A DNA stretch of 64,000 bases from an uncultured delta proteobacterium (GCA_963708295.1 CAVPSJ010000016.1:87408-151407), one strand, 5' to 3'; positions 50,859 through 61,778 are shown, counted from the first letter of the stretch. Notes: generated by a model from the letters alone, not told the origin. Numbers and translations: made by a program.

Positions 50859-52218
50859 ATGAGCCTGTTTGCTCTTCTGGAGAAAAGGCAAGCCATCCGC
50901 AGACCGGTCAGAATCGGCGTGATCGGCGCCGGAACCTTTAGCTCGGCGTTTTTAAATCAGGTCAGACGGGTTCCGGGGATGCAGGTTGTATGCATCGCCG
51001 ACCTTGACGCGGAAAAAGCGAAGAGGGCATGCATGGCAGCCGGGTGGGACGAGGCTGCTGTTGGGAATGGGGACTCCCCATCCTGTATCAACGAAGGGGC
51101 TGCTCGTGGAAAGGTGATGGTTACGGAAAGCGCTGATTACTTGCTCAAGGCGGACCTGGAGGTTGTGGTTGAGGCCACAGGGGTGACGGAGGCAGGGACA
51201 TTTCACGCGTGGACAGCCCTGGAAGCCGGCAAGCATGTGGTCATGGCCAACGTAGAAACTGACGTCCTTTTAGGACCACTCCTCAAGAAAAGGGCGGACG
51301 AGAAAGGGCTCGTCTACTCGATGGCCTATGGCGACCAGCCGGGAATCATCTGTGAAATGGTCGATTGGGCGCGAACGATTGGTCTGGAAATAGTCTGTGC
51401 AGGAAAGGGAACGCGCTACCAACCGGAATACCGCTATTCCACGCCGGAGACGGTCTGGAAATATTTTGGGTTTACTGAAGAACAGGTTTCGACCGGCAAT
51501 TATAACGCCCAGATGTACAACTCGTTTCTAGACAGCACCAAATCATCCATAGAGATGTGCGCCCTCTCGAATGCGACCGGCCTGGTTCCGCAGAAATGCG
51601 GATTGCGGTTTCCTCCAGTCGGACCCAAAGACCTTCCGAGGGCATTGAAGCCAAAAGCAGCAGGAGGACTTCTCGATCACAGCCGGAACCGTGGAGATCG
51701 TGGCGAGTGAAAACCGGGACGGCACACCGATCAAAGACCATCTTCGCTGGGGGGTCTACATCGTGTTCAGGGCGGGGACCGATTTCATGCGAAGGTTCCT
51801 GGCCATGCACGATTTTCTGCGGGATGAGTCGGGTGAATATGGCGCGGTGTACAGGTCGTTTCACCTGATTGGGATTGAACTCGGCATCAGCGTTGCGTCA
51901 GCCGCCCTTCGCGGCGAACCCACGGGTTCGGCAGAGGGTTTTATTGCCGACGTGGCATCGGTAGCCAAGAAAGATCTGAAACCGGGCGACGTTCTCGACG
52001 GTGAAGGCGGGTATACCGTGTTTGGCCGCCTGGTCACGGCTGAGGAGAGTCTGACGAATAAGTATCTGCCGATGGGCTTGAGTCGCGGGGCAAAGATGAT
52101 CAAGCCGGTCCCGAAGGACGCATGTGTGACCTATCACGATGTGGAGATGGATGCGAGTACACTCGCTTTCAGAGTCCGGAAAACTCTGGAGGAAAGTTCG
52201 AGGAAGCTCACACCGTGA
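50859..52218 (+). CDS. NAD(P)-dependent oxidoreductase with C-terminal SAF domain (homoserine dehydrogenase-like), frameshift near 51690
   Basis: GVIGAG, AYGDQPG, CAGKGT, KKDLKPGDVLDGEGGYTV. Confidence 0.85.
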
Positions 52219-52303
52219 GTGATGTCCTGGCCGCTGAAGAAACCGTATTTTCGGTTGCTTGATATAAAGGGTGATGAAGCGTCTTGCTGGCAAGGGGGTT
52301 TTC

Positions 52304-52789
52304 ATGAAGAGGTTTCAAAAGCTTGTCTCCAAATTGAGTAGGTTCCTGGCTGTGATCGCAGGCATCACTCTCATCTTCGTCATGCTTCTCACGGTTCTCG
52401 ATGTCATCCTCCGATATTTCGGTTACCCCATCACCGGTGTCTATGATCTTGTCGCCCTTGGGGGTGCCATCGTGATCGGTTTCACCATGCCTTTGGCCGC
52501 GGAGAAACGAATCCACGTCTACATGGAGATGGCCTTCCAGGGGCACAGTCGGACCGTAAAGCAGATCCTTAATCTTCTTACCCGCCTGATCGTCTTCGGG
52601 ATAAGCTTCATCGTCGCATGGAACCTTGTCCAGCTGGGCATCGATTTTCGCCACACAGGCGAAGTTTCTCTTACGATCAAGATCGTCTATTATCCCATAG
52701 CCATTGGATTGGGAATCTGTTTTTTCATACAGATGTTAGTCTTGGTTGTCCAAATCCTGCAAGTTTTTTCCGGAGGAGGCAATGAGTGA
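52304..52789 (+). CDS. TRAP transporter small permease (DctQ)
   Basis: DVILRYFGYPI; four TM segments. Confidence 0.85.
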   Translation: MKRFQKLVSKLSRFLAVIAGITLIFVMLLTVLDVILRYFGYPITGVYDLVALGGAIVIGFTMPLAAEKRIHVYMEMAFQGHSRTVKQILNLLTRLIVFGISFIVAWNLVQLGIDFRHTGEVSLTIKIVYYPIAIGLGICFFIQMLVLVVQILQVFSGGGNE

Positions 52790-54083
52790 AGTTTCGATTG
52801 GGCTGCTGGGTCTGGGAGTCCTTATAGCACTGTTCGTCACCGGTCTCGAACTGGCTTTTGCGATGCTCGTCGTAGGCTTCTTAGGGTTTGCCTATATTGT
52901 CTCACCGGCGGCGGCGTTGAACCTGGTGGCTAAGGATATCTTCGATTCGTTCGAGTCGTACAGCCTCACGGTTGTGCCGCTCTTCATTTTAATGGGACAG
53001 CTGGCCTTCCATGCGGGGATCGCGAAGAGGCTGTATGACACCGCCAACAAGTTCGTGGGGCATATTTCAGGCGGTCTCGCAATAGCCACGGTTGCGGGAT
53101 GCACGGTATTCGGGGCCATCTGCGGCTCTGCCACGGCGACGGCAGCCACCTTCGCTGCGGTCTCCATCCCCGAAATGGACCGGTTTGGGTACAGTCGGAA
53201 GTTTTCCGCGGGGCTGGTCGCCATCGCCGGAACGCTCGGCATCATGATTCCACCGAGCGTCCCCATGATCATCTTCGGAATTCTTACCCAGCAATCCATC
53301 GGCAAGCTGTTTGTCGCCGGCATCCTTCCCGGTGTCGTTATTGCCCTCTTGTTCATCTTTATCATTCTGGGCAGGTGCAAGATCAATCCCCTCATCGCAC
53401 CCAAGGCAGAGCGATTCGCATGGAAGGCACGGTTTCATTCGCTTTGGGGGGTGATCTGGCCTCTCATCATTTTCGTGGTTGTGATCGGGGGGCTTTTGAG
53501 AGGGTTCTTCACGCCGACAGAGGCGGGAAGTGTTGGTACATTCGCAATCCTCCTTTTGTCCTTGGCCAGGAGGGACCTCAACATGAAGGCCTTTATCACA
53601 TCGATTACCGAGAGTCTCCTCACGGCGGCGATGGTTCTCTTCCTTCTTGCTGGCTCGATCGTGCTTGGACACTTCCTGGCCGTCACAAAAATACCCATGA
53701 TCGCATCGGAGTGGGTCGTCAACCTGCCTCTTCCTCCCACGATGATTATGGTACTGATCTGCTTGATTTATCTCATCGGGGGCTCTTTTATTGACGATCT
53801 GGCCTTCATGATCCTGGCCACACCCATCTTCTTCCCGGCGGTTGTCAAACTTGGCTTCGACCCCATCTGGTTCGGGATCATGATCACCCTTACGGTCATG
53901 ATCGGGATCGTCATCCCGCCGGTGGCCATCTGCGTATTCGTGGTCAAGAACATTACAAAGACCTCTTTTTCCGACATCTATATAGGCGTATACCCGTTTC
54001 TCATCGGGATGGTGGGTTGCGCCATATTGCTGTTTATTTTTCCGAAGCTTGCGTTGTTTCTTCCCAGCATATTGTATAAGTAA
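52782..54083 (+). CDS. TRAP transporter large permease (DctM)
   Basis: VPLFILMG, GTLGIMIPPS, FTPTEAG, GFDPIWFG. Confidence 0.92.
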   Translation: MSEVSIGLLGLGVLIALFVTGLELAFAMLVVGFLGFAYIVSPAAALNLVAKDIFDSFESYSLTVVPLFILMGQLAFHAGIAKRLYDTANKFVGHISGGLAIATVAGCTVFGAICGSATATAATFAAVSIPEMDRFGYSRKFSAGLVAIAGTLGIMIPPSVPMIIFGILTQQSIGKLFVAGILPGVVIALLFIFIILGRCKINPLIAPKAERFAWKARFHSLWGVIWPLIIFVVVIGGLLRGFFTPTEAGSVGTFAILLLSLARRDLNMKAFITSITESLLTAAMVLFLLAGSIVLGHFLAVTKIPMIASEWVVNLPLPPTMIMVLICLIYLIGGSFIDDLAFMILATPIFFPAVVKLGFDPIWFGIMITLTVMIGIVIPPVAICVFVVKNITKTSFSDIYIGVYPFLIGMVGCAILLFIFPKLALFLPSILYK

Positions 54084-54148
54084 AGGAGCATGCGAAACGT
54101 GTCCTGCAATACAATAATTTCACAAAATACAAGGAAAGGAGGTTTTCT

Positions 54149-55181
54149 ATGAAACGCTCTATGTGGGTTAAGTGTTTTGGGGTCGCTCTGGTGATGTCTC
54201 TTTCCATCCTTTTTTTGTCCAACGTCGAGGCGCAGCAGAAAACCATTTCCCTCAATTATTCTAATTTGCTCCCTGCCACTCACAAAATAAGTCTGGTGGC
54301 ACAAGAGTGGTGCGACGAAATCCAGAAAAGAACCAATGGCGGGGTGAAGATCACGATGTTTCACGGAGGCACCCTTACCCCTGCGACACAGGCTTATGAT
54401 GGGGTAGTGAAAGGCGTGTCCGATGTGGCCGTGAGCGTATTCAGTTACCACCGGGGGAGATTTCCGCTGACCGAGTTCTCGGACTTGCCCATCGGGGTCA
54501 AGAGCTGTGTGACAGCGGCAAAGCTGTTCACGGAATACTACGCGAAGTTCAAGCCTAAGGAGATGGAGGATGTGAAGGTCATGTATCTCCACGGGAATCC
54601 GCCTTCGGTCGTCCATACGGTGAAGACTCCTGTTTCAAAGCTGGAGGACCTCAAGGGCCTGAAGATGAGGGTCACCCCGCTCGGAACCCCAATCGCAAAG
54701 GCCCTCGGTGCCGCACCGGTGGCCATGCCTATGGGAGACGCCTATGACGCCTTGTCGAAAAACGTAGTGGATGGCGGCTTTTTCCCCTATGAGGCCCTTG
54801 AAGGGTGGAAATTAGGTGAGGTGGTGAAGTATAGCACCGAGTCGTGGCCTGTCGGATTCACGAGTGCCTGGTATGTCATCATGAACAAGAAAAAATGGGA
54901 TTCCATACCTCCTGATTGGCAGAAGGTCATAGAGAAAGCTGAATGCGGAATGGATAGAGAAGACGGGGAAGGCCTGGGACGAAATCGACAAATCCGGGCA
55001 GGCATTTGCGCAGAAACAGGGGGGTAAAGTTATAACCCTGTCGAAGGAGGAAGGGGAGCGCTGGGTGAAAGCAGTGCAACCTGTGCTCGACGATTATGTC
55101 ACCATGACGAAATCGAAAGGTCTGCCGGGAGACGAAGTACTGAAGTTTGCCCTGGATTATCTCAAGAAGAACCAGAAATAG
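54149..55181 (+). CDS. TRAP substrate-binding protein (DctP), frameshift near 54940
   Basis: Signal peptide, LEDLKGLKMR, LGAAPVAMP, MNKKKWDSIP; continues to a TAG at 55181. Confidence 0.88.
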
Positions 55182-55298
55182 TGAAGCTACGGGATCGGGT
55201 TCCGCCTACCAGGCGGAACCCGGTCTGCTGCAGGCCGCCTTCATGACAGTCCAGTCCAACAGAGAAAAGAGCTGCTCTCTTCACTTTACGTTTCCAAT

Positions 55299-56667
55299 TC
55301 ATGACCTTAGCCTGGCGCGTACGAATGTGATATGCCCGCGCAGGCCGTAGAATTGGTCTGCGAACGAGGCAGGCACTTTCATCCTGTTCACCGCTTCCTC
55401 GATGTTGTCGAGCCTTTCCATCAGCGCCTCGCGCTTTTCCGGCGTCCAATTGTGTGATGAGATCCTGCTCTATCATCAACAACGCACGGTACCACCTGAA
55501 AATGCGCGACCTGAACCGCCACCTGTAGATGGCAGGGATGAGCCGGAGCACGGGTAGAAGCAGCACGATCATGGGCACGAACACAACAATGACGCGGTTC
55601 ACAAGACTGGCGATCCGGAACGGCAGGGAGCGGTAGAGGAAGCCCTTGCCCGATTTATAGAAGCGACTCGCTTCACTGCCGATGCGGATCTCCTGCTCGA
55701 TCGGAGCGGGGAATTCGCCTTTGCGCCTGAGAAGCCCGGCGCCGGAGTGCACTTCTTGCGCAGCCTCAATGAGCAAGTCCGTGATCGCCGGATGCAAGGA
55801 CTCCCGAGCGATCAGTTCAACCGTCGGTGCAACCAGGAAGATATCTTGAGGAGGGGTGTCCTTCCCTAAATCGATCGACCCCCTCGGGAGGGTAATCTTA
55901 TTCAGGTAAGTGATGCGGCGCACGTAAGCGTCAGCCTGGGCAAAGTTGAAGAGCTTGACGTTCGGTGTATGTAGAAGCTGGCGTATCAGGGCTGTTGAGA
56001 CAGAATCGCCCATCAGAAAGACTGCATCCACCTCACCCTTTAGGATTGCATCTGCCGCTTTGTCGGAGTCCATCTCAAGGAGTTTTGTCGGGCCTCCCGG
56101 CTCGATGCCGTTGCTTGCGAGCAGCGCGAGCGAGAGGGTATGCGTTCCGCTGCCGACCTCTCCTACCGCCACTCGCTTGCCGATCAACTGGGATAGGAGT
56201 TCCATGTGAGACGCGCTCCTGTAAAAGACAAGGAGGGGTTGATAGGAGATGCTCCCCAGCGAAACAAGCTTGTCGGTGTTCATCCCTTTGTTCACTCCGC
56301 TCTGCACGAATCCGATGTCCACCTTTGACGAGGGATCAGCCAGCCTCTTGATGTTGTCACCCGAGCCCTCAGACGGAAGAATTTTGAGCGTTACGCCGTT
56401 TCGCTGGAGGATCTTGGCATATCTCTCTGCTGTTCTGCGAAACGTGCTGCCCTCGGGCCCGCTGGTGATCGTGATCGTACTGGGTGGCGCAAGGTAAAAG
56501 AACAGGAATATGCCGAGTACAAGAACGATCAATATCGAGACAACCGCGCTTAATGCAGCGGCGCGTCCGAGCCCGAAGACCTCGGTAAACATCGACTGAA
56601 GTTTGTGAAGACCCAATTTTTGTTCTGCTCTCATCGCTTGGACCTCGTCCTGCCTTGTGCTTTCCAC
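55299..56667 (-). CDS. TAXI-family TRAP solute-binding protein with membrane anchor, frameshift near 55430
   Basis: SEGSGDN, DIGFVQSG, GEVGSGT, RFYKSG, YRWRFRSRIFRWY. Confidence 0.8.
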
Positions 56668-56866
56668 TTAGCGCCCCCGACAGATCCTCCCCTTCCTCCT
56701 TCGGCAAGCTCAGGATGGTGAGCCTGTCGAACCATTTACGAAGGGAAGGAATTACCCCTCTTTGGCAAAGAGGGGCGTGGGGAGTTTTTCAGAACAATAT
56801 GTCTGTTTAACTATGGACTCCATAGTAACCAGGCCTTAAGCTTATTTCATTGGTTAGTTGCCGTCC

Positions 56867-57502
56867 TCACTTTTGTGAAACCGTCACGAGCAAGTCAGAC
56901 GAGATACATTTCGCCAGGGGAGATGACCGTCTCGTCCGTCGGAACTTTATTCGCGTAGCGCTCCTTGATTTAGTGAACCGTGCGCCCTCGGCCGATGAGG
57001 TCCCGACTTTTTCTTTGCGTCTGCCGATACGAATGCGATCCCCGATCATGGATCTTCCACACGAGTTCGAGGACAATAGATTCGTTTTGCGAGACACATT
57101 TTTGCAAGAGTTTGATAAGGAATCATCCGGTTTATTTGCTGAGGGTCTTTAGCTCCATCCTACCAGAGTTCTTCCGGCAGGTGAATTAGAATCCGGATTG
57201 GCCTAGTGAAGGCGTTTTACGAGGTTGGCGGCCACCCTCGCCTCGGTGACCCCATTTTCTTAGTGGAGTACATTGAACCATCAAAATACATCATAGACGT
57301 GGGGACTGGGCATCCCTGAGAAAAACGATTCCCGATATGGCTGTACTGTGAGTGGGTCGCCTTTTGAAACTTGGAATGTTCTTTTCTGACCGCGACGTTT
57401 GGAAGATGATGTCTCCGTCCCGAACTTGCTCCGCAAAGGAGGTACCGCAGCTGAGCAAATAGAACGGGCCAGAGGCACGGCAAGAACAAGTAATTTCTTC
57501 AT
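56867..57502 (-). pseudogene. YiiX/YaeF-like permuted papain-like amidase, multiply frameshifted; probable third cassette
   Basis: Fragments in different frames: MKKLLVLA, RDGDIIFQTSRS, ATHSQYSHIG, SDLLVTV*. Confidence 0.65.
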
Positions 57503-57569
57503 GATGGTTCTCTTGGCAAATATTGAGGTGTTTGGCGTGCATAGAGACCGGAAAGTGGAGATGGTCCCC

Positions 57570-57653
57570 ATCGTTGATTGTGGCGCATTCTATAAGGTCA
57601 CTTTTTTCTGCATCTCGCCCAAGAATCTGCTTGGCGACTTTTTCTACAGCCTC
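57570..57653 (-). mobile_element. Truncated MITE of the 91-248 family, directly after the GTT of a partial attC arm
   Basis: Minus strand reads ...CTGAGCTTGGTCGTT|GAGGCTGTAGAAAAAGTCGCCAAGCAGATTCTTGGGCGAGATGCAGAAAAA...AGAATGCGCCACAATCAACGAT. Confidence 0.75.
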
Positions 57654-57664
57654 AACGACCAAGC

Positions 57665-58687
57665 TCAGTGACCGCTTGGTTCCAGAAAGTCCTCCACTGC
57701 CTGCCAGTATGCGTCGAACCGTTGCACCTGAGGGAGGTGTCCCACACCCTCGATCTCTACAAGGCGACAATTAGGAATTGCCGCCTTTGTCCTGCGCCCC
57801 AACTCCGGGTAGTTGCCCATCCTGTCTTTCACACCCGCAGGGGCCCAAGCTTTGCCGAGCGCCGTGCTATCCCTTTGTCCAACGATCAAGAGAACAGGCA
57901 TCTTGAGGTCCCCGAATTCATAGAGCACCGGCTGCGTGAATGCCATATCTGTCGTCAGGGCAGACAACCAAGCCATTCGGCACCAATCGGGCCCTCGAAT
58001 CCAGCCAGCTTGTATCTCGACAAGACTTTCATATTCTGGCTTCCAAGTGCCGCCAAAATAATTCTCCTTCATGTAATTGCGGACAGTATCCGCGGTGGAC
58101 TTGAGTTCATTGGCATAAAGCTCATCAACGGTCTTGTAGGGAACCAGCCTCTTCCAGTCCTCCAAGCCGATTGGATTCACAAGAACGAGCCGCTCGACGC
58201 GCTCAGGAAACATCAGAGCGAACCTGGTTGCCAGCATGCCGCCAATGGAGTGACCCACCACGGATACCTTATCAATATGAAGGCTATCCAGCAGAGCTCG
58301 TGTATCCGTGGCAAGCTCTTGAAAGGTAAACTGGAAGTGTTCCGGCTTCGATGATTTTCCAAAGCCGATCTGATCCGGGACGATGGCCCGGTATCCTCTC
58401 GACACAAGAGCACGAATCGTGGGTTCCCAGTATGCGCCACAAAAGTTCTTGCCGTGCAAAAGCAGAACCGTTTGACCATTTGCCTTCTTGGGAACCACTT
58501 CCATATAGGCCATTCGAAGAGTCTGCCCCTGAGAGGAAAAGGAGAAGCTTTTGACCTCAAATGGATAGGAGTAACCCGATAGATCGGCGTCGTAGGCAGG
58601 GCCTGAGTCAACAGCCTGGGCCTTCCAAGCAGAGAAAAGTAGCGTTCCCATGATCATTAACAAAAGCATACCGGTATTATTCTTCAT
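57665..58687 (-). CDS. Secreted alpha/beta hydrolase (cassette 2)
   Basis: [28 protein letters not shown]; RBS GGAGG a short distance after GTTAGGC. Confidence 0.9.
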   Translation of the reverse strand: MKNNTGMLLLMIMGTLLFSAWKAQAVDSGPAYDADLSGYSYPFEVKSFSFSSQGQTLRMAYMEVVPKKANGQTVLLLHGKNFCGAYWEPTIRALVSRGYRAIVPDQIGFGKSSKPEHFQFTFQELATDTRALLDSLHIDKVSVVGHSIGGMLATRFALMFPERVERLVLVNPIGLEDWKRLVPYKTVDELYANELKSTADTVRNYMKENYFGGTWKPEYESLVEIQAGWIRGPDWCRMAWLSALTTDMAFTQPVLYEFGDLKMPVLLIVGQRDSTALGKAWAPAGVKDRMGNYPELGRRTKAAIPNCRLVEIEGVGHLPQVQRFDAYWQAVEDFLEPSGH

Positions 58688-58717
58688 GTAAAGCCTCCTG
58701 GATAAGGCGCAGTAGTC

Positions 58718-59169
58718 GCCTAACGAGCCTGTAGAAAAAGTCACTTTTTTAAAAACTGCTTCTTCTGCTGGATCAAAAATAGGAAATTATTTTCTGTCAT
58801 CAAAAGTTTTTACGATCCTTGGTGCAATGTTCGTCTTTTCATGATATTTTTCTTACCACAATACCATATCACCCAATCCGGCTCCGTTCACGCAAACTCC
58901 AGACCGTATCGATCGGAATAATCATATTCTTTGTATCTCGCCATCCAGTCCCTCCTAAGCGGTCCCCGCTCTCTTTTCCCTTACTGATATGGCGATATTA
59001 TCATGCTTTTAGGACTTTTTCTACAGCCTCAACGCCCGCAATAAGCTGCGAGCGGATCAAATAATCGCGAGCGAAGCGAGCTTCCGCAAACCGCTCGTCA
59101 GCTTCATTGCATCGTTGAACAACGGATTGAAACGACTTCAGAAGTCGTCTCAATCCTTATTGGTTAGGC
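58718..59169 (-). other. attC recombination site interrupted by two insertions
   Basis: Removing both inserts gives GCCTAAC-gatgc-AATGAAGCTGACGAGCGG...CCGCTCGCAGCTTATT-gcgggc-GTTAGGC: complementary R boxes and paired L boxes with extra-helical bases. Confidence 0.85.
58725..59030. mobile_element. 306-bp MITE inserted in the attC R' box
   Basis: TIRs GAGCCTGTAGAAAAAGTC / GACTTTTTCTACAGCCTC (17/18); AAC duplicated at 58722-58724 and 59031-59033. Confidence 0.85.
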
Positions 59170-59185
59170 GGACGGCATTCGCGGG

Positions 59186-60198
59186 CTACAACAACTCTGC
59201 GACGCCCTGGAACTTTGGAATGCGTCGTCCATGGGCGGCGTGGTAAGACTGAACGCCGTGTCTGGTCGCCGCTTGGTAGTGTTTCGCGACCTCTAGCGGG
59301 ACGTCGTGATTCTGCGGTGAGTAGAACTCCCGAACACTCTTGTCCCACACTTCAGAGGAAGGTCGAGATGGCGAGATCGGCATCGTCGCTCTGTGCTCCC
59401 CAGAGACAGTCAGCATCGTTCTGGAGGGGCCGCAACAAGAGCCAGGGGATGTCTACTACACTACCGCGGTGAAAGAGGACTTCCCCTTTCTGCACGGCTT
59501 GCGCATCCCCAAGGTGATCGATCCATCGACGTACCCCACCGGCCACACGACCGTTGTCTCCGCGCGCCTGCATTCTTCGCAGCGAGTCGATCCCAGCCTG
59601 GTCGATCGTTAAGAGGCGCCCGGCAGAATGCCGCTCCAGCTGGTACGCCCGAACGATCGCGGGACCCGGCGATGATGTTCCGAGGATCGATACCATCCAA
59701 GCGGGGGTCAGGCGTCGTCGCCGACGGGAGAAGAAGGACTTGACCATGGGCAATCGTCACGCGCGGTGCGATGAGGTGGATGAAGAAGGGCTTCGTGCCG
59801 CGGTCTAGATACTCGCGATTGAAGGCGAGGCATGCGTGCGAGAGTGCTACTCCGAATGCGACAGCCTGGTGGAACGTGGCAGCTATTGCGAATGTCGCGT
59901 CTGAAAAGCGCCGCACCGTGACGTTTGGAAAGCGCTCCGTTACGAGTGTGGACGCGCGGTCAAAACGGATGATGTTATTCAGCACAACGGTCTCGGACCG
60001 GAGGGCGCGGGAGGCGAATGCAACGAGGTCTGCGTAGACAACCCACCTCTCAGCCCACTCTTCGCGCCACTCACGTGAATCGACACGGCCAAGCTTGGCG
60101 GTGGTGATGTGGGCTGCCAAGGCCGGGAATGAGCGGAAGTGAGGTACGGTTAATGGGTCCTTACGCGGCACAGCGCTCACCTTACCCTTGACCTGCAT
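59186..60198 (-). CDS. Class III nucleotidyl cyclase-like protein (cassette 1), two frameshifts (~59670, ~59355)
   Basis: VVYADLVAF, RRFSDATF, RVTIAHG, IAG/PAIVRAYQLE. Joins ORFs 59461-60198, 59352-59753 and 59186-59416. Confidence 0.6.
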
Positions 60199-60214
60199 CG
60201 ACTGTTCGTGTTCC

Positions 60215-60275
60215 GCCTAACAGATATTAGAAAGAAAAATAATATTATGAGTTAATAATCCTACCTATTATACAA
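60215..60275 (-). other. attI-like site with an upstream TATAAT
   Basis: AT-rich ...TTTCTAATATCT-GTTAGGC begins cassette 1, compared with attI1 CCCTAAAACAAA-GTT; minus-strand TATAAT at 60267-60272. Confidence 0.55.
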
Positions 60276-60499
60276 TGTCTTATTCTGGGCTAACCCGTTA
60301 CAAGCTAAAGGGTTCTATGGTGAAAATCATGGATATCCATAATTCCTCCATAGAGTCCGGCGGATATGTGAAGAAAGCAAAGAACAATAATATAATGCGG
60401 GCTCTCCGGGGCATGCAGTCTCGGTGTGCCCGGGATGATAGAACACTATCAAAAAAGGAAAGGGGCGTCAAGATAGCTAAAACGGAATGATTTTTGAAA

Positions 60500-60662
60500 G
60501 GAGTCGATAATTGATTAGACATACCCTTCTGAAAATCTCCCCCGACCCCTCTTTGCCAAAGAGGGGAATCCCTCCCTTTCGTAAAGCCTGCCCGCCGGTA
60601 GGCAGGGGAGGAAAGGAAGGATTCAGTCTCCAGCGTCTATACAATTATGGACTGACTAATAA
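60500..60662. repeat. MITE of the 28171 family with a nested CCTGCC..GGCAGG hairpin
   Basis: GAGTCGATAATTGATTAGACAT...CCCCTCTTTGCCAAAGAGGGG...CAATTATGGACTGACTAATAA. Confidence 0.65.
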
Positions 60663-60685
60663 TTATCGAAGGGAAAAAAGAAGAT

Positions 60686-61778
60686 TCACCCGGCAGGTTC
60701 TTCGTCGCGGCGGCAGCGAAGCCCCTCTTTGCCGATGCCGACCCGGCACCGGTCATCTCTTGTACAGGAGACAGGCTCCCAGCGGCCGGCACGGATCTTG
60801 TTGACAAGATCGGGTTCGCAGATAAAGGGCCTCGCAAGGGAGACAAAATCGGTCCATCCTTCCGTGATGATCTCCTCCATGAGATCTGGAGACCGGAGCC
60901 CGCCCACTAAACTCAGGGGCAGCTTTCCCACCTTCGGACGAACGGCTTTGGCATAGGGGAGAAAATAGGCCTCCTGCTCTCTGGAAAGGATATTACTGCG
61001 GCTTGGGACTGGTTTTGTCGCAACGCCGGCGCTTATCTCGATCGCATCGATCCCTATCCTCGCAAGGCGGCCAGCTGTTTCCGCACCCTCTTCCAGGGTA
61101 GCCCTTCTTCCGTATCATCTTTGATTCCCAATTTGATGGCCACCGGATAATCGTTTCCGACCGCTTTGCGGATCGAACGGTAGACTTCTTCAAGGAACCG
61201 GAAGCGCCTCGAAGCATCTCCGCCCCATTCATCGGTCCTATGGTTGGTCAGAGGAGAAGTGAAGAGACTTACCAGATACCCGTGGGCGCCATGGATGAGA
61301 ATTCCATCCAATCCGGCCTCTCGAACCCGGGCAGCAGCCCGGCCAAAGGCATCGACGATTTCCCGGATCTCTGAAGACTTAAGCTCACGCGCGAGAAGTC
61401 CTGTGGAGGGATTGACGACAGGAGAGGGTCCTACGGGCTCCGCACACTCCTTTTCAACCCGGCTTCCTCCATAGTTGAGCTGAGCAAAGACATAACAGTC
61501 GTGGCGGTGGATCACTTCAGCCAACGAACGGAGCCCTGGAATGAGACGGTCGTCGTGAACCCCTGTCATCTTCGGAGAGGCTTTCCCAGGGGATGAACAA
61601 AGGCGTGGCCCAGGAAGATGCAGGCTGCGCCGCCCCGCGCAATGGCCTCATAGAAATCGAGCATGGCCGGGGTCACCTCTCCATTGGGCCCTGCCATGCT
61701 TTCCAACGTCGAAGATTTGATGAAACGATTTTTGAGAGTTAATCGACCAATTTTATAGGGTTCAAAAAGAATAGACAT
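60686..61778 (-). pseudogene. Second copy of the OYE-family oxidoreductase, frameshifted (decay or read errors)
   Basis: Fragments MSILFEPYKIGRLTLKNRFIKSS, IHGAHGYL and GKEGLRCRRDE are nearly identical to 14412-15506. Confidence 0.85.

Noticed and set aside
56850-56870. attC after the YiiX-like gene
   Set aside because: Only an AACTAAC-like start on the minus strand; no L boxes or matching GTT arm.
59117-59162. CRISPR array suggested by ATTGAAAC
   Set aside because: Only two inverted arms; no spacers, direct repeats or cas genes.
60275-60522. Integron integrase next to the attI-like site
   Set aside because: Only short ORFs with no tyrosine-recombinase motifs.
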